A DNA stretch of 64,000 bases from Squalus acanthias (taxonomy: Eukaryota), in assembly GCA_030390025.1 (NCBI GenBank), contig CM059439.1:68572001-68636000 (forward strand). The letters run 5' to 3'. The translations under genes were made by a program, and so were the position numbers. How positions within the stretch are numbered: position 1 is the first letter of the stretch; every line of letters begins with the position of its first letter. Below the pieces are notes generated by a model. The model was not told the DNA's origin, made no database searches, and saw only the letters and a program-made list of their open reading frames with translations. This document shows, piece by piece, positions 13,511 through 26,777 of this stretch.

Positions 13511-15974
13511 AGTATTCAAGGGCCTCTTTCTGATGAAGTTTGTTGTGAACATTATAAAATCATAGGAGCTGTTTCAGACAAGCAACACTTTGTGGTGCTG
13601 AATTAGCTCACTGGCCACCATCCAAATTGTTTCAATAGAGCTTAACTTGTATATTGCTCGTTTTCTTTTGTTCAAATAAGGAACCCAACAGTTCAAAAAT
13701 AAGGCAAATGCATTTACAGCACTCATTGTGCAAGTGCAGTATGTTGGCTTATGCAGTTTTTTTCCCCCCATGTTAACTCCCAATTTGGACTATACTGAAA
13801 AGAGCCAGTTAATGGTAAGCCCCACTGATATGTCTTGAATGGAACCTAGCCATCAACATTTTTTTTGACCTTCCATTGATTTAAACTGTCCAAAAATACA
13901 CCTGGTCAATTTCACTTAACTAAAGCCCAGTGCCTTTGAATACTCAATGTTGCATTGCATTGTAGCTTTGAAGCATAGGTGAGGTATTGCAGAACTGGGG
14001 ATGGCTACCCAGATGTCATTTTAATAAAATACCAAAACTAGCAGGACTATTGGCTTTCTGTATGACAAAATGGCAAATTACCCCAGTCAAACTACCCAGA
14101 TTACCAGTATTGCCTGTCTTTCTGCAATTTACCAAAATGCAACAAGTGAATTCTAGAGAGATGAATGTTACTTTGTCGCAAGCAAATTGATTACATAACA
14201 GGAAGTGAGTTTATTAGAAATTTAAATTAAAATGTTGCCTGATTTTTTTTGTAAGTAAAAGGTGTGTTCCCAATCTGCTTGAAAATATGTGCACTTCTTC
14301 ATCAGTTGCTAAAAGCCAAAAAAATAATTGCTTCTTTGCTCTTTCTTGAGCACAGAGTCAGCAGTGTGGGGGCGTGGTTGACCACTTAGGAAAAAGATTC
14401 TTGGTTTTTTTTGTGCTTTTGTGTTTGTGTGCTGCGGCCTATAATTGCTTGGGTTAGCTGTTTTGCTGTTTGGTTTCTTAACTATAGAACATTGCTCATG
14501 ATAACAGATGGCTAGCCTCGGGCTAAATAAACTACAATAGAAAGGCATGGGAGAACAGAAAGTGCTTGCATCTTAATTCTCAAGTCCTATTAAGGTTTGT
14601 GATGAATAAAGGTGAATGGAAGGGTTTTTTTTTGTACATTTCAACAAACTGACTGAATACATATTCTTTTGGCTGTTGAATTCTCACCTTTGTAATTAAT
14701 GAGCCAGCCCATAGTGCTTCTGTCTCCCAGGAAAGATGTGTGTACTGCCGGGCATGCAGTAACATGCAGCACACACTTTAATAGGTGCTCTCTTCTGGTT
14801 ATCAGGGAATTGCCTGGAATCCCGTTGTGGCATTGGATGCTTAAAAATAAATTTGATATAAACAACCAGGAATGAGTACCTGTTTTGAAGTAAGTACTCA
14901 TTAATGGTCTTGTTTGTTTTCTTAGTTATTTTGCAAATGAGTGGCCTTTAATTGTGCAAGAATTTATTGTTTGGGCTGGAGCAAAAAGGATTTCAAAATA
15001 ATATTTTTTGGTGTTATTACCCAGATACATTGCATTTAGAAAAGCAAATAGGTAAAGAACCAGAAGTAAAAGTTTGCTCATGTGCAGAAGGTTGATCCAG
15101 GTTAAGAATTTTAAATATATATTTATTTTTGGTGTGTGATGGAGTAGCTAGAAAATGCACAGCTCTTAGGTAATTGTTAAAGCCATGCTTATTTTTTTTT
15201 AGAAGTACACATATTCAATTAAATTATATGCAAGGTTGGTTTGAATGGAGCCCAGGGCATTAGAGCAGTGCCATAGAATTGGAGGACCAGGGCTATCGGC
15301 TATATTCCCTCAATATGTTACCAATTTCAGCTGTTCTATTGCTGGAACAGACGAGGCACTGCTCTACCTCACACTGAAAGTGAACTGTTTTTGTGTCTCC
15401 CAGCAACTGTTTGCAGAGCAACGTGCTAAACGTGAAGATGGATTGCCTTCCCACTCCATTGTATGGGGTATGGCATCTTTAATAGAGCCATTTAAAATAA
15501 GGAGAAAATACAAAACAACTTGATCCTCTTCCCCACTCAAATGGAGTACAAAATATTTTGTACTTTGCTGCTCCTTGGTGTAGATGTGCCATCGAATGTT
15601 AACCTGTGCTTGCTGTGTTAGAGCTGTAGGAAACTTGTGTATTTCTCTAGAGATCAAAATAAGCATAAGAATGTAAAATGAAAACATTGGCAATATATTT
15701 CAATGTTTGCATTTCACATTTTCTCATCTCCCAAAAAAGGATAATTATTGTCCATAGTGACTTTTATGTCCAATTTTTTTTATCAGAATGCCAATCATGT
15801 TACTATACTTAAGGCTGCAGGAAATCCTTAGGGCCTATTTGCAGTTTCCTAATGAAGAATATCTTGGGTCACTAAGGTATAAAGCATTTTGAAACAGTCT
15901 ATGGAATGAAAACAATTTTTTAAAATCTCAAATCACTGCAGAAGTACACTCTCAAAACTTTTTAAAAAATGATT

Positions 15975-16325
15975 TATTCGTTCACGAAATGTGGGTGTTG
16001 TGAGCAAGTCCAGCATTTGTTGCCCATGCCTTGAGAAGGTGGTGGTGAGCCGCCTTGAGAAGGTGGTGGTGAGCCGCCTTCTTCAACCGCTGCAGTCCGT
16101 TTGGTGAAGGTACTCCCATGGTGCTGTTAGGTAGAGTGTTCCAGGATTTTGACCCAGCGACGATGAAGGATCGGTGATATATTTCCAAATCAGGATGGTG
16201 TGTGACTTGGAGGTGGTGGTGTTCCCAACGCCTGCTGCCCTTGACCTTCTAGGTGGTGGAGGTTGAGGGTTTGGGAGGTGCTGCTGAAGAAGCCGAGGCG
16301 AGTTGCTGCAGTGCATCTTGTAGAC
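15975..16325 (-). mobile_element. Non-LTR retrotransposon 3' end (CR1-superclade, family not resolved) with an internal 24-bp tandem duplication
   Basis: KSWNTLPNSTMGVPSPNGLQRLKKAAHHHLLK peptide; homologous copy at 34660-34870 on +. Confidence 0.7.
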
Positions 16326-19147
16326 TTAAATTATTCCAAATGACTATTTGCCTAGTTCAGCGGGATAGATTGCATTATATTCCTAAAAAAGTTAGTGGAA
16401 TGCTATTGATAAGGGAGAGTTAGTTAATTCAACTATACTTGTAGTTTAGAACTCTGGCATCCCACATGATTATTAGTATCAGTCTGTCCATTGTTAAACT
16501 GGAAGTCTATACTGTAAAACATACTAAAGTTATTTGCCCTTCTGCAAACAGTAGGAAGTGGGGTTTATTTACATTTTTCTTTCATGTATTGGACAAATTT
16601 TGCAGATGTACTTAGTTGTTCCAGTTTTTCTAATGAGTTTGTGCAAGATTTATGACTTTGAAGTCTATAATTAATAGAATATTTTGAAGCTGGAAATCGG
16701 AACCTTATCTAATCGCCTTTGTTATGACTTCTGCTTACCAGAGGTGGTACAGTCAATTTAAAAAAAATCCTATTTTATATATATTTTATATTCGTGTTTT
16801 GGAAGCCTTGAAAATGGTACAAGGTGCCTCTTAAGCCCTTCAGATGTACTACTTGAAGTGGTTTCTGCGGCTTTTTTTTCCCTCATTGATTCTGCTATTT
16901 AAAAATGCAGTCATTAAAAAAAAAAAATTCTGTCTGAAACAAAATGGATTATTAACACATGCAAGAGAAACATCCAGTGCTACTTGGAACAAAATGTACA
17001 GTGAAATACATGAAAGCTTGTCTTTTCCAGAAGGATCAAAGCGTGCTCATTACTAATAATTACCTTTGTATTTAAATGACTAGTTCAAATATGAAGTATA
17101 GACGGATTATTAATACAATTGATTTTTTTACTGTTCTAATGCAGTTTGACAACAAAGACTTTTTATGTGGCGTAAACATGCTGCTACAAAAAGGTTTCTG
17201 TGTTATTACTGAAAAATAATTATCAGAAACCTGTCATCTGGTCCCAAAATTAACATTTTGAACTGGTTGTCAAAGTTTCTCATTTTGTGTAGAAAAAATT
17301 GCAGAGGAACAGACATTTATGGAAAAATATATCAACCTACATAGCCCAGAAAGATTAATGAATGCTCTGCATTTACAAGTAGTATTACATCTAATGTTCC
17401 TTTCTGATTCTCCTTGCCCCTTCTTCCCATTGCAGATCTGCAGGTGCAGTTGGTCTCCTTCTTTCTTATATTTGATCCACATTGTTATTTTTCACTTGAG
17501 CCTGGACAGTGAGTGTCAGCTGCTATTTGACCGTAGGGTTGGGTCCTGAGCCTGATCCCATAGTCACCTGATGTTTCCGCATGCACTTCCAGCAAAAGTC
17601 ACAGTTAGCCAAACACAGACAGCATGTTGCTCCAGCACACTGCATCGCCTAATAGAGGGGCACATGGTCATGTTTATGATTTCCACTGACAGGGAGAATG
17701 GGTTGGGTGCCCATTGGAGGTTAAGCACTTCCAGCAGGGAGTGAGGTTAAAAAAGATATCAGGAACACAGTCAGCCTCGACCTTCTTCCCTCACCCCACC
17801 TGACATCAGTGAAACTGTGACCCATTTCACAGCAGTACAAGTGAAGGCTCAAGGCAAATTGCCTGCCCTTTTAGCCATGGCTGGTGCACGCAGAGAGATC
17901 CAAAGTGGTAGGTTGAAAAGAGGGGAAGTCTCTGGTTATCATATGGACATGTTGTTTTTAAAAGACATTTTACATTGAAAATTGTTGCCATTTGTTGGGA
18001 ATGTATCATGGAAACCAATAAAGGCGATGTTGAGTACAGCATTGTGCAGCATTTCCTCCTCTTATCAGATAGGTACACGTCTGATACAAAAAAACAAAAT
18101 GCTGTGAAGTGCTGTACTTGACACTGAGCATCAGTGTTATTTTTGCTGCTAAGAAGATGGGATGCAAGATTTGCAGACATTTTGAGGTTGATCTTGATGA
18201 CATGGATACAGTTTGCTGGTGACGTAACTGTGAATGACGAGTGTGATTTAGGATAAAGGATTTAAAGTTTAAAAGTCACTGACTAGAAGTGATCATTTAA
18301 TGGGGAGAAAGAGCAACCTTGTACATGAAGATCTGTCTGGGGAAGCTGCGTCTTCTCCAGTTTAAGGGATCATCTTACCAACTGCTGCCATTTCATTCAC
18401 ACCGGAATATTATGCAGTTTTCATATCCTGTATTTTCCCTCTGCATCACCACCCTTTTTACAAGACAGTTCCCTTCTGCTGTCACGTACAAAAGAGAAAA
18501 GAAAGCAACATGGCAGAATTCCTGAAACAGCAACATCGTAGAAAGTGTTTTTTCTTTACTAGGGCAGATGGCATCATCTTCCACTTGACAGATCCTTACA
18601 CCCAGCGATTCTATCTGTTTTTCTTTGTCTCCAAAATTGTAGAACACCAAAGTGGACATGGTAGAATTTATAATTTCTGATCACCACAGGACTGAAGATG
18701 ACTAATAGCGTGGATTACGCAATTTCATAGAATTTCAAGTTTGCACTGATGCCCATTTCAGTTTCAATCTGCTACTGAGATGAAATTATCATTACAAGAC
18801 AGTGAAATATTGAGGAGCTGAGACCGTCAAATTAAAGTTTAAGCAGTTTATCACTGCTATTTTATCATAGACACAATTAAGAATTTTTTGACTCTTTTCT
18901 TGCTTTGAGATAACACTGCTTTAAGTTTGAACTTGGTTTGTTATTCATGATTCACTTAAAGTTGAAAAATGCATGGCCGGCTCCATCTTTCTCACTTGCT
19001 CACTTTCACTCTCACACTCTCTCTGTCACTCACATTCACACTGTACAAATGGTCCAGCAACAGGAAGTACCGGAGACACAATGTCTGTAGCCTCTTAATT
19101 GACTTATACATGAACTTAGCCAGTGTTTACTTTTAATTAGACTTTAT

Positions 19148-20034
19148 GGGGGAAAAATTCAGTTGGTTGCGCTTCCTGTTAGTGCCTTAAGAGGGCGCTA
19201 TTGGGGCATAAAGCAACTAGCGCCCGGGCGCGGCAATGTTTGCGCCGCTCGCAAAATTAACTAGACATTTTGCGGCAGCGCTAAACACTACCGCCACGAT
19301 CTCCTGCGCCGGCAGATCGTGACGTCAGTCGAGTGCGCAACGTCCCGGTAGCGCCCCGGAGCGGATATTGAGTGGCGCCCCCTGCCTTACCGCCTGCCGC
19401 TAGCAACGACAGGTTGAGGGGAGCGTTTTGCAGTCAGGAAGGAACTGGGGGAGCGCTATTTAAAGGCGAACGCTTCCTGCCTTTTTTTGTTGGTGACATT
19501 TTTGCACCACGCATTCAGAGCGAGAGAGACTTCTGGAGAGATTCAACGCTGTGTGAAGGAGTTTTGGGTACTGAGCAGCACTTTGCAGGTTCATTTTGAT
19601 TTGCCCTTCCTTGCATCTATTTAGAAGAGACTGTGGGGGCTGCACTCTGAGCTCTTTCCCTGGTTCTCTCCATTGTTCTTTCCAGCAGATTTGATGTACA
19701 GGTCTCTCCAGGCTGAGATTCAAGGCTGCAATGAGCAGGATGTGGATGGAGAGCAAGATCAACCCTCCCCTTTAAGAACTGGCCGGCACCGTTGTGTCTG
19801 TGTTCAATTGCTGACTGACATCACATGAGCTTCACCAGCGCTCTGAGGTAGCGCCTCGCTCCTAGGCCTTTGCGCCTTAAGACAGGTGTGAAGCGCTTGA
19901 TTTATCGCTCCAATCACCGCCAGGGGTGATAAAAGCCAAGTTTGCAGTCGGAGGCGATAATTAGCGCCAGGCGCTAATCTTTGCGCCCGGCCGATAATTG
20001 CGCCCCAAATGGGGCGATACTGAATTTTTCCCCC
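19148..20034. mobile_element. PIF/Harbinger-type MITE
   Basis: Perfect 16-bp TIR gggggaaaaattcagt / actgaatttttccccc; 3-bp TSD TAT; CpG-rich interior. Confidence 0.8.
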
Positions 20035-21120
20035 TATAAGTGTAAAAGGACATATTTGTGTTTTTCATGGTGGTGTTCTTGTCCTCTCATTTAGTGTGGA
20101 CAGTGCCATAGGAAAATTGTTATTCTAAAAAAATTTAAGTTTTGAATCCATTTCACACAAGATGACCCACTTCGAAGAGTTGTAAGTTTTTTTTTAAATC
20201 AGTCATTTCATGCCGGTTCCTTTCTGACCTAGAGCCAAAAATTTACAAGGACCTGACAGTCTGCAAACTTTCACCTGCAGCGGTTAACCACTATTTGGCC
20301 TTAAGATACTGCTATTTCAAGCAATTATACTTTGTGGCTTTGCAGGAGGGACCAGGTTAAACACAGTTGCAGTTTAGCCATAGAATGTGCATGCATGGTA
20401 GAATACGCCTATCATTATGAAACTGTGCATCATCCAACTTACTGTGAGCAATGCCACAGGAGATCTGCCAGTACATAGAATACGTTAACTGAATACCAAG
20501 GTTTGGTTTGTTGGGTGAGCTGCATTGGAGTAATGGTGATGTCCTGTTGCTCGGCAATGAGTACAAAATGTTATTAATTCCAGTTAATAACTTGTGATGT
20601 ATTCTGTATATTTTTTTAAGTGTATATAACAATATCGCATCACTGATGCTTGTGCCTTCTGATGCACATAATTTATAGTTTTTTTAAACACTTGTAAAAT
20701 TCCCTACTCTTATCACTTGTAGGATGGCTATAATCGCAATATTTTCACTGTAAAAGATTTGTATTATTTGATTAATGATAATTGAGTGCCCATATTTTCT
20801 TACTGAAAATCTGACACATCAGCATTGTGCTGCAGTATTAGCTGATTAAAGCCAGTACAGCATTAACCTCAGAATCCCCTAGGAAGGAGAATAAAATATC
20901 CAGGGTTGCTGCTCCTTGATTGGTCTCTTCAAAAATGCTTATCATTTGGGACATTAACTGAAGACTGGATTGGTTAAACAGCCCACTGACATTCTCTGTC
21001 CAGGCTCACGCAAGAAGACTGGCGACTTGGGTAGGCCACTGCCACTCATGGAGCCATAAGGAGGAGGGGCATAAGGGGTCTCTTTTGAAAGTCACACTTT
21101 TTTTTCCTGTTTGCCTTTAG

Positions 21121-21194
21121 GTTCGCCCTCAACGATCATCACACACTGGTGCTGTTTCCCCACTGGATGATGATGAGACAGACAGAGCAAGCAA
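21121..21194 (+). CDS. DENND1B: DENND1B internal coding exon, VRPQRSSHTGAVSPLDDDETDRAS(K)
   Basis: Strong acceptor (ttttttttcctgtttgcctttag), AA|gtaagg donor; phase 0/2. Acidic run followed by RASK, as recalled for DENND1B. Confidence 0.85.
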
Positions 21195-22292
21195 GTAAGG
21201 AATCATTTCAATTGTTTCTTGTGTCTTCTGTTTTACACTTGGTTGTCATTCCTGATACCTTTTAGACAGGCAGTTCTCAGCTAAGTTTTTAACAAAGGTC
21301 AAAACTGATAACAGTATACTTAAGTGGCAAGTGTTCTGTGTGCAATGCATCCCTTACTACTAATGCTGGATATCCAATGTTCAGTTATGCTTTCCGATAA
21401 ATGAGTATAGTAGTTTATTTTAGGAAGGGTAGTATCATATATTTTGCAAACTCCTCTACTTTAATGCTGAATTATGTTTGTGGCTCATTGGATGAATAAT
21501 TTATTTACATAGGCACATGGTACCTCTCCATATACTATTTCATGTCTTACCGTACCATTTTCTTTTCAAAAACAGCTTCTTGTAAACAGTAAATCAATGC
21601 CAAGTTGGCCTGCAGAAATTTGTTGCTAAGTTAGATGTTTGCAAGCAGTACAATCAGAATATTAAGATATTTAAACTGTTGGCTGTGTATAATTGTTTGC
21701 TTGTAGTGTAATACAGTATTTTCAATTGCAGATTTTAATTCATCTTGCAAAAATATTTACAACATAAAAAGTATACTGGATGCATAAGTTTTATGTTAGA
21801 AGTATTCATAAAAGATTTGGGAAAAATCCAAACTTTCTGATTGTTAACACCTCTGCTCTTAATTATATTTCCTTTCTGATGCGAAGATCATATTGGATAA
21901 TAGATGTACGGTATCAAAAATGTGTGCATCAATGCTGACCTCTGCTGGTTTCAAAATATCAAACTATGTGCACTTGTGAAAGGTGCATGATTTTTTTAAC
22001 GTTAATTTGGATTGGCATATTGTGTGCATGTGTTCATCTTTGATAGCTGAATGACAACATAATGCAGTTTAGTTTATTCACACAATAGCATGAATGAGAG
22101 ATGTAAAGAATCACATTTTATTTAATTGTTAGTATTCATTATTTTCAGATAACCATTTTGTGTATGTACTACTAATAGACAAACTCAGTCATGGAGCTCG
22201 TAAGGATGTTTTGTGCAACAGGAGGTTCTTTTCTACGGCTGGTGCTAAGACATATTGTTGGAGCAGAGTTAGAGGGATAATTACCCTCTATC

Positions 22293-22398
22293 AAAAATAA
22301 AAACAGAAAATGCTGGAAATACTCAGCAGGTCAGGCAGCATCTGTGGAGAGAGAAACAGAGTTAAAGTTTCAGGTCGATGACCCTTCGTCAGAACTGG
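22293..22398 (-). mobile_element. Penelope-like pLTR fragment
   Basis: On -: ctgacgaagggtcatcgacctgaaac..tctccacagatgctgcctgacctgctgagtatttccagcattttctgtttttattt. Related copies at ~36740-36800, ~38715-38810 and 38950-39170. Confidence 0.65.
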
Positions 22399-22760
22399 GT
22401 CAGAACAATACTGTATTACACTACAACCCTCTATCTATCTGTGGTTTACTTGATTATGAATATGGGTAATACTGATACTAGATGTTAAAAGTAGAGACAA
22501 ATATTGCATTCCTGCCCACTGCAATATGATGATTTTTTTTGATATCCCATCAAATTAAAAAAAACCTCCCTGATAGTGTGTAGCCCTTTTTAATGTGCCT
22601 ATACAAAAAAATGATTGTATCTTGGTAATTTTGTCGACTAAATACAACAAAAACAGCATGATTTGAATTTATTCTTTTTAAGTATAATATTTACTGATTG
22701 TGTGGATGCATGGTGTCTTTGGTCAGGTACTGCATTTAGTATTCCATTAACAAAGGTCAA

Positions 22761-23546
22761 ACATAGAAACATAGAAAACATAGAAGATAGGAGCAGGAGT
22801 AGGCCATTCGGCCCCTCGAGCCTGCTCCGCCATTCGATGAGATCATGGCTGATCATCCGAACTCAGTACCCTGTCCCTGCCTTCTCCCCATATCCCTTGA
22901 TACCTTTAGCCTTAAGAAATATATCTAATTCCTCCTTGAATATATTTACTGACTTGGCCTCAACTGCCTTCTGTGGTAGAGAATTCCACAGGTTCACCAC
23001 TCTCTGGGTGAAGAAATTCCTCCTCATCTCAGTCCTAAATGGCTTACCCCTTATCTTTAGACTGTGACCTCTTGTTCTGGACTCACTCGCCATCGGGAAC
23101 ATCCTTCCTGCATCCAGTCTGTCTAGCCCTGTTAGAATTTTATAAGTTTCAATGAGATCTCCTCTCATTCTTCTAAACTCCAGCGAGTATAAGCCCAATC
23201 GACCCAATCTCTCCTCGTACGTCATTCCTGCCATCCCAGGTATCAGTCTGGTGAATCTTCGCTGCACACCCTCCATGGCAAGAGCATCCTTCCTCCGATA
23301 AGGCGACCAAAACTGCACACAATACTCAAGGTGTGGTCTCACCAAGGCCCTGTACAGCTGCAGCAAGACATCCTTGTTCCTGTACTCAAACCCTCTCGCT
23401 ACGAAGGCCAACATACCATTTGCCTTCTTAACCGCCTGCTGTACCTGCATGCTTACCTTCAGCGACTGGTGCACAAGGACACCCAGGTCTCGTTGCACTT
23501 CCCCTTCTCCCAATCTATTGCCGTTCAGATAATAATCTGCCTTTCT
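22761..23546 (-). mobile_element. CR1 LINE 3' fragment with uninterrupted ORF2 C-terminus
   Basis: ORF 22863..23549 (QRDLGVLV..LYRALVRPHLEYCVQFWSP..WNSLP) plus (ttctatgt)n tail. Confidence 0.95.
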
Positions 23547-25480
23547 CAAAAATATTTCTTGCAGTTATTCTGTTGTACTTGGACTTTAATTGTGGTCCTA
23601 TTTAGTCAAATTGCTTTATAATCTTAGATAGCAGTTTTCACCATTGCTTAGAAGCAAACCAGAGAAAGTGGGGAGAAGGAGAGGTTACACTTCAATCCCA
23701 CGTGTAAGCAAATCTATACAATATTGGAAAACATAAAAAATAAGTGTGAATGTGCTACCCTAGACATTAAGATCAAGGTGGCTGGCACCTGGCAAGCAAA
23801 CCTATGTAAGTTCTTCCACCACATTGAAGGCAGATGTGTGTCGCAAAGGTGATGAGTAAAATCTCTAAGACTTGCTGGAGGCAAGGTATGAGTACAAGAG
23901 CTCATATACCCAGGGCTTGGTGACTACCATGATTCGGCTGCAACTACTGCTGAAGATGCTCCATACCTCTTACTGGTGTTACCACTGTCTGATGGGATAT
24001 AATGTGTGCCTCTGCTGTGGTCAGGAGGATGGTGACAATGCAGTTGCATATTTTATGGAGAGTTGCCTACGCACCATGCCCCGGTGATGAGCTCTTGGTA
24101 CCTTCTGTCTGCCTGGCAGTGGCTGATACCTGCATTTGTCAGTTGTCTAATGACTGCCAAGTGACTGTCCTCTTTGAGGTTAGGGGCATGAGGCAAGTTG
24201 GTTGTTTTTGAGGTTAAGGTCACCAAGATGACAAATCTGGTATTACAAGCTCAGAACCAAATCAAACTATTATGGCAGGATCAGTAATTCAATACTTGAG
24301 TCAGGTAGGCCTGCATCTTCCAGGACATTGTTGATGATTGACCAGCCAGCCTTGCTTACTAATGGAACCTGCAGGGGTAGACATCACTGGGTACTGATAT
24401 TCTTCCTTTTCTGCTTAATATAACCCTACAACCCAATGCCCCCGCAGGTAAGATGATCTGATCTAGTTAAGCAAAGGGATATTCATCAGTGCTGATGCAT
24501 ACAGAGGCTATTGGGAAAGGACCATGACCATGGTCTCGTTTCTACCAGAAAGAGTCAAAGTAATATAATCAGAATATTTTACGTCCTTCCATCCCTTCCC
24601 TCCCCCTATTTCAGTTGGGATCCAGGATCCAAGGGCAGCTTACATCTGGGTCCTGGTACTGATGATGCCTTTCTGAAAGCTCTTCATTGGAGCTTAATCT
24701 TTCCACATAGTAATTACTTGCACATTTTCCATTGTCCTATGACGTCGCCATTGATTAATAGCTATTCAATGTGCTACGAATGTTATGGGAAACAATGTTA
24801 TTTCAATTGTCATCATCTCGTCTCTCAACCTGGTGATTGGCTTCTCCTAAACAAAGTGGAGTGCCTTTCTGGAATAAGCTGGGGCCAGCTTCTTCCATGT
24901 TAATAGCCTCAACAGTTTAGCTATTTATGTGGTTTATCCAAGGACCAAGTCTAAAACAACTTCAGAACTCACAAGTGATGGTGTCACAAATGACTTTTTG
25001 TCAACTTATAACCAGAAGTATTTGTGTTATATTTTTATCAGCAGTGATCCATTCCATTTCTAACATACTTTTTAAAATATTTGAATTTGTTTTAATGTGT
25101 TTGAATTTCATATTTGCACAGTTCCCAGATTACACGTGGAATAAAACTGTTTGCACTGTCCTTATTTCATAGAGATACAGTAACTAAGAGACGTAGTCTA
25201 GGTGATTTGATCACGTGCATCACTTGACCTTTCTGCTAACCTTTCACTCAGCATAAATTATCCTTCATACTTATTTTAAGTTTCATGTAACTTATTTTAA
25301 ACACTTTAAATTGTCTTACAACATCAGCAATTTTTAGTATAAATTGTAGCTTTTAATAAACCTTTAAAAGTAATAAATGACTGATGATTTTGTTCATGCA
25401 GGTAGTGGCGCTAGTTAAGCAAACTAAGTATGACTTGCATCTTGCAGAGCTAAGCTACTTAAAATATTCATATTTCTTAG

Positions 25481-25697
25481 GGTATCATCGGAAGACAGTG
25501 GAGAAGTATGTGCCTATATTGATGACAGTGATGATTCTGAACAGATGGAACTAGAGTCACAATCTCCAGGCCAGATGGACTTGTTGGGAGAGATCCTTGA
25601 TACCCTCAGTACACACAGTTCAGATCAAGGAAAGCTGTGTGGTGCAAAGAGCCTGGATTTCTTCAAATCAATGGATGATATCAGTTATAAAGCTAGG
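25481..25697 (+). CDS. DENND1B: DENND1B penultimate coding exon with clathrin-box-like DLLGE (..QMDLLGEILDTLSTHSSDQGKLCGAKSLDFFKSMDDISYKAR)
   Basis: ttcttag acceptor, AGG|gtgagt donor; 217 nt, phase 2/0. MDLLGEILDTLSTHSSDQGKL..AKSLDFFxSMDDI is diagnostic for DENND1B rather than 1A or 1C. Confidence 0.93.
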
Positions 25698-26228
25698 GTG
25701 AGTATTCTGTATTAAAGTTCTAGGATCGTGATAGTGCACGAGTTAAAACATCAAAGCTAATGTAACTCAAGTTCACTAGCTATTTGAATTCAAAAAAATT
25801 GTCTCGATTGAGGCTGCTTTCCCTAGACACTGAAGTTTTATAGTCTAAGTCAGTTTGTTTGTGGGATCAACTATGTTGTTTCTTAATCTTTTTATGCATT
25901 CACCTTAGTTGGTTGACCAAAGAATGCCACTAGTGTAATCCCTGGAGGCATCTGTGTTGTGGCTCTCATCCTGTCCCAACACAATGCTGTTGAGAGCTAA
26001 TTTGGAAAGAAAAAGTGCAGAAAAGTCAAAAGTAATTGTTGCCTCGTTAAATCTTGATGATTTTGAAAATGTTAAATAACGGAAGATTATATAAGAAATA
26101 GCTATTTTGTATAGGAGATTTAATGTAGAGTTTAACTGCCTTTCATATTTGACAATGAATTGCTCTTTTTTTACCATTTAAAGATTTGGGAGATTTCATA
26201 CTTAATCTGTTTCTTCTTATTTTGTTAG

Positions 26229-26777
26229 AACAAGTCCAATACTCCAAGTGAGGGAAACCTGGCTGAACTTGGTGTAGGGTATGGTGATCATCTGAGTTGG
26301 CACCTGGGACAAGATGATACTGTTGTCCATAGAAAGCCCCTTCCCCCATCTCCAAGGAAATCATTTTGTTATTTTTCTGAAAGTCCGGTTCCCTTTGAAA
26401 TGACATCTTCTGAAAACTCCTGTGTGTTTGTTGAAGAGTTGACAAATTTTCCTAAACTCAATAGTGACTCGTCTTTTAAAGCTTCAGTGGCAACCCTTGC
26501 CTCCAGTGAAGAATCGAAGCAGGAGAAAAAAATTTCAGCCAAACTAAAGGAGCCAAAGCGAACACTAACCAGTGGAGACGGTACCTATGAAGAGCAGTGT
26601 CAAAATACACCAAAATACCCATCAGTTTTAATCCCTTGGGAGAAAGAAGCTGTTGAGGCTGAATTGATAGAACCCACAGGTGACATAGACCTACTCCAAG
26701 AGATCGACTGTTTATGTTCCAAAATTGAAACCGGTCACACTATTTCCAGTGTTGGTGCTTCCACTACCAACACTTAG
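26229..26777 (+). CDS. DENND1B: DENND1B terminal coding exon (NKSNTPSEGNLA..WHLGQDD..PPSPRK..IPWEKE..STTNT*)
   Basis: tttgttag acceptor, open to TAG at 26775-26777; contains ORF 26400..26777. NKSNxPSE, LGQDD, PPSPRK and PWEKE motifs match the DENND1B C-terminus. Confidence 0.9.
   Translation, partial: NKSNTPSEGNLAELGVGYGDHLSWHLGQDDTVVHRKPLPPSPRKSFCYFSESPVPFEMTSSENSCVFVEELTNFPKLNSDSSFKASVATLASSEESKQEKKISAKLKEPKRTLTSGDGTYEEQCQNTPKYPSVLIPWEKEAVEAELIEPTGDIDLLQEIDCLCSKIETGHTISSVGASTTNT

Noticed and set aside
17820-18700. Possible decayed transposase-like coding sequence
   Set aside because: No family motif could be read with confidence; needs a translated search.
23720-24230. Possible old L1/Tx1-type fragment (CxxC-like remnant CLCCGQED)
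   Set aside because: Too degenerate to support by eye.
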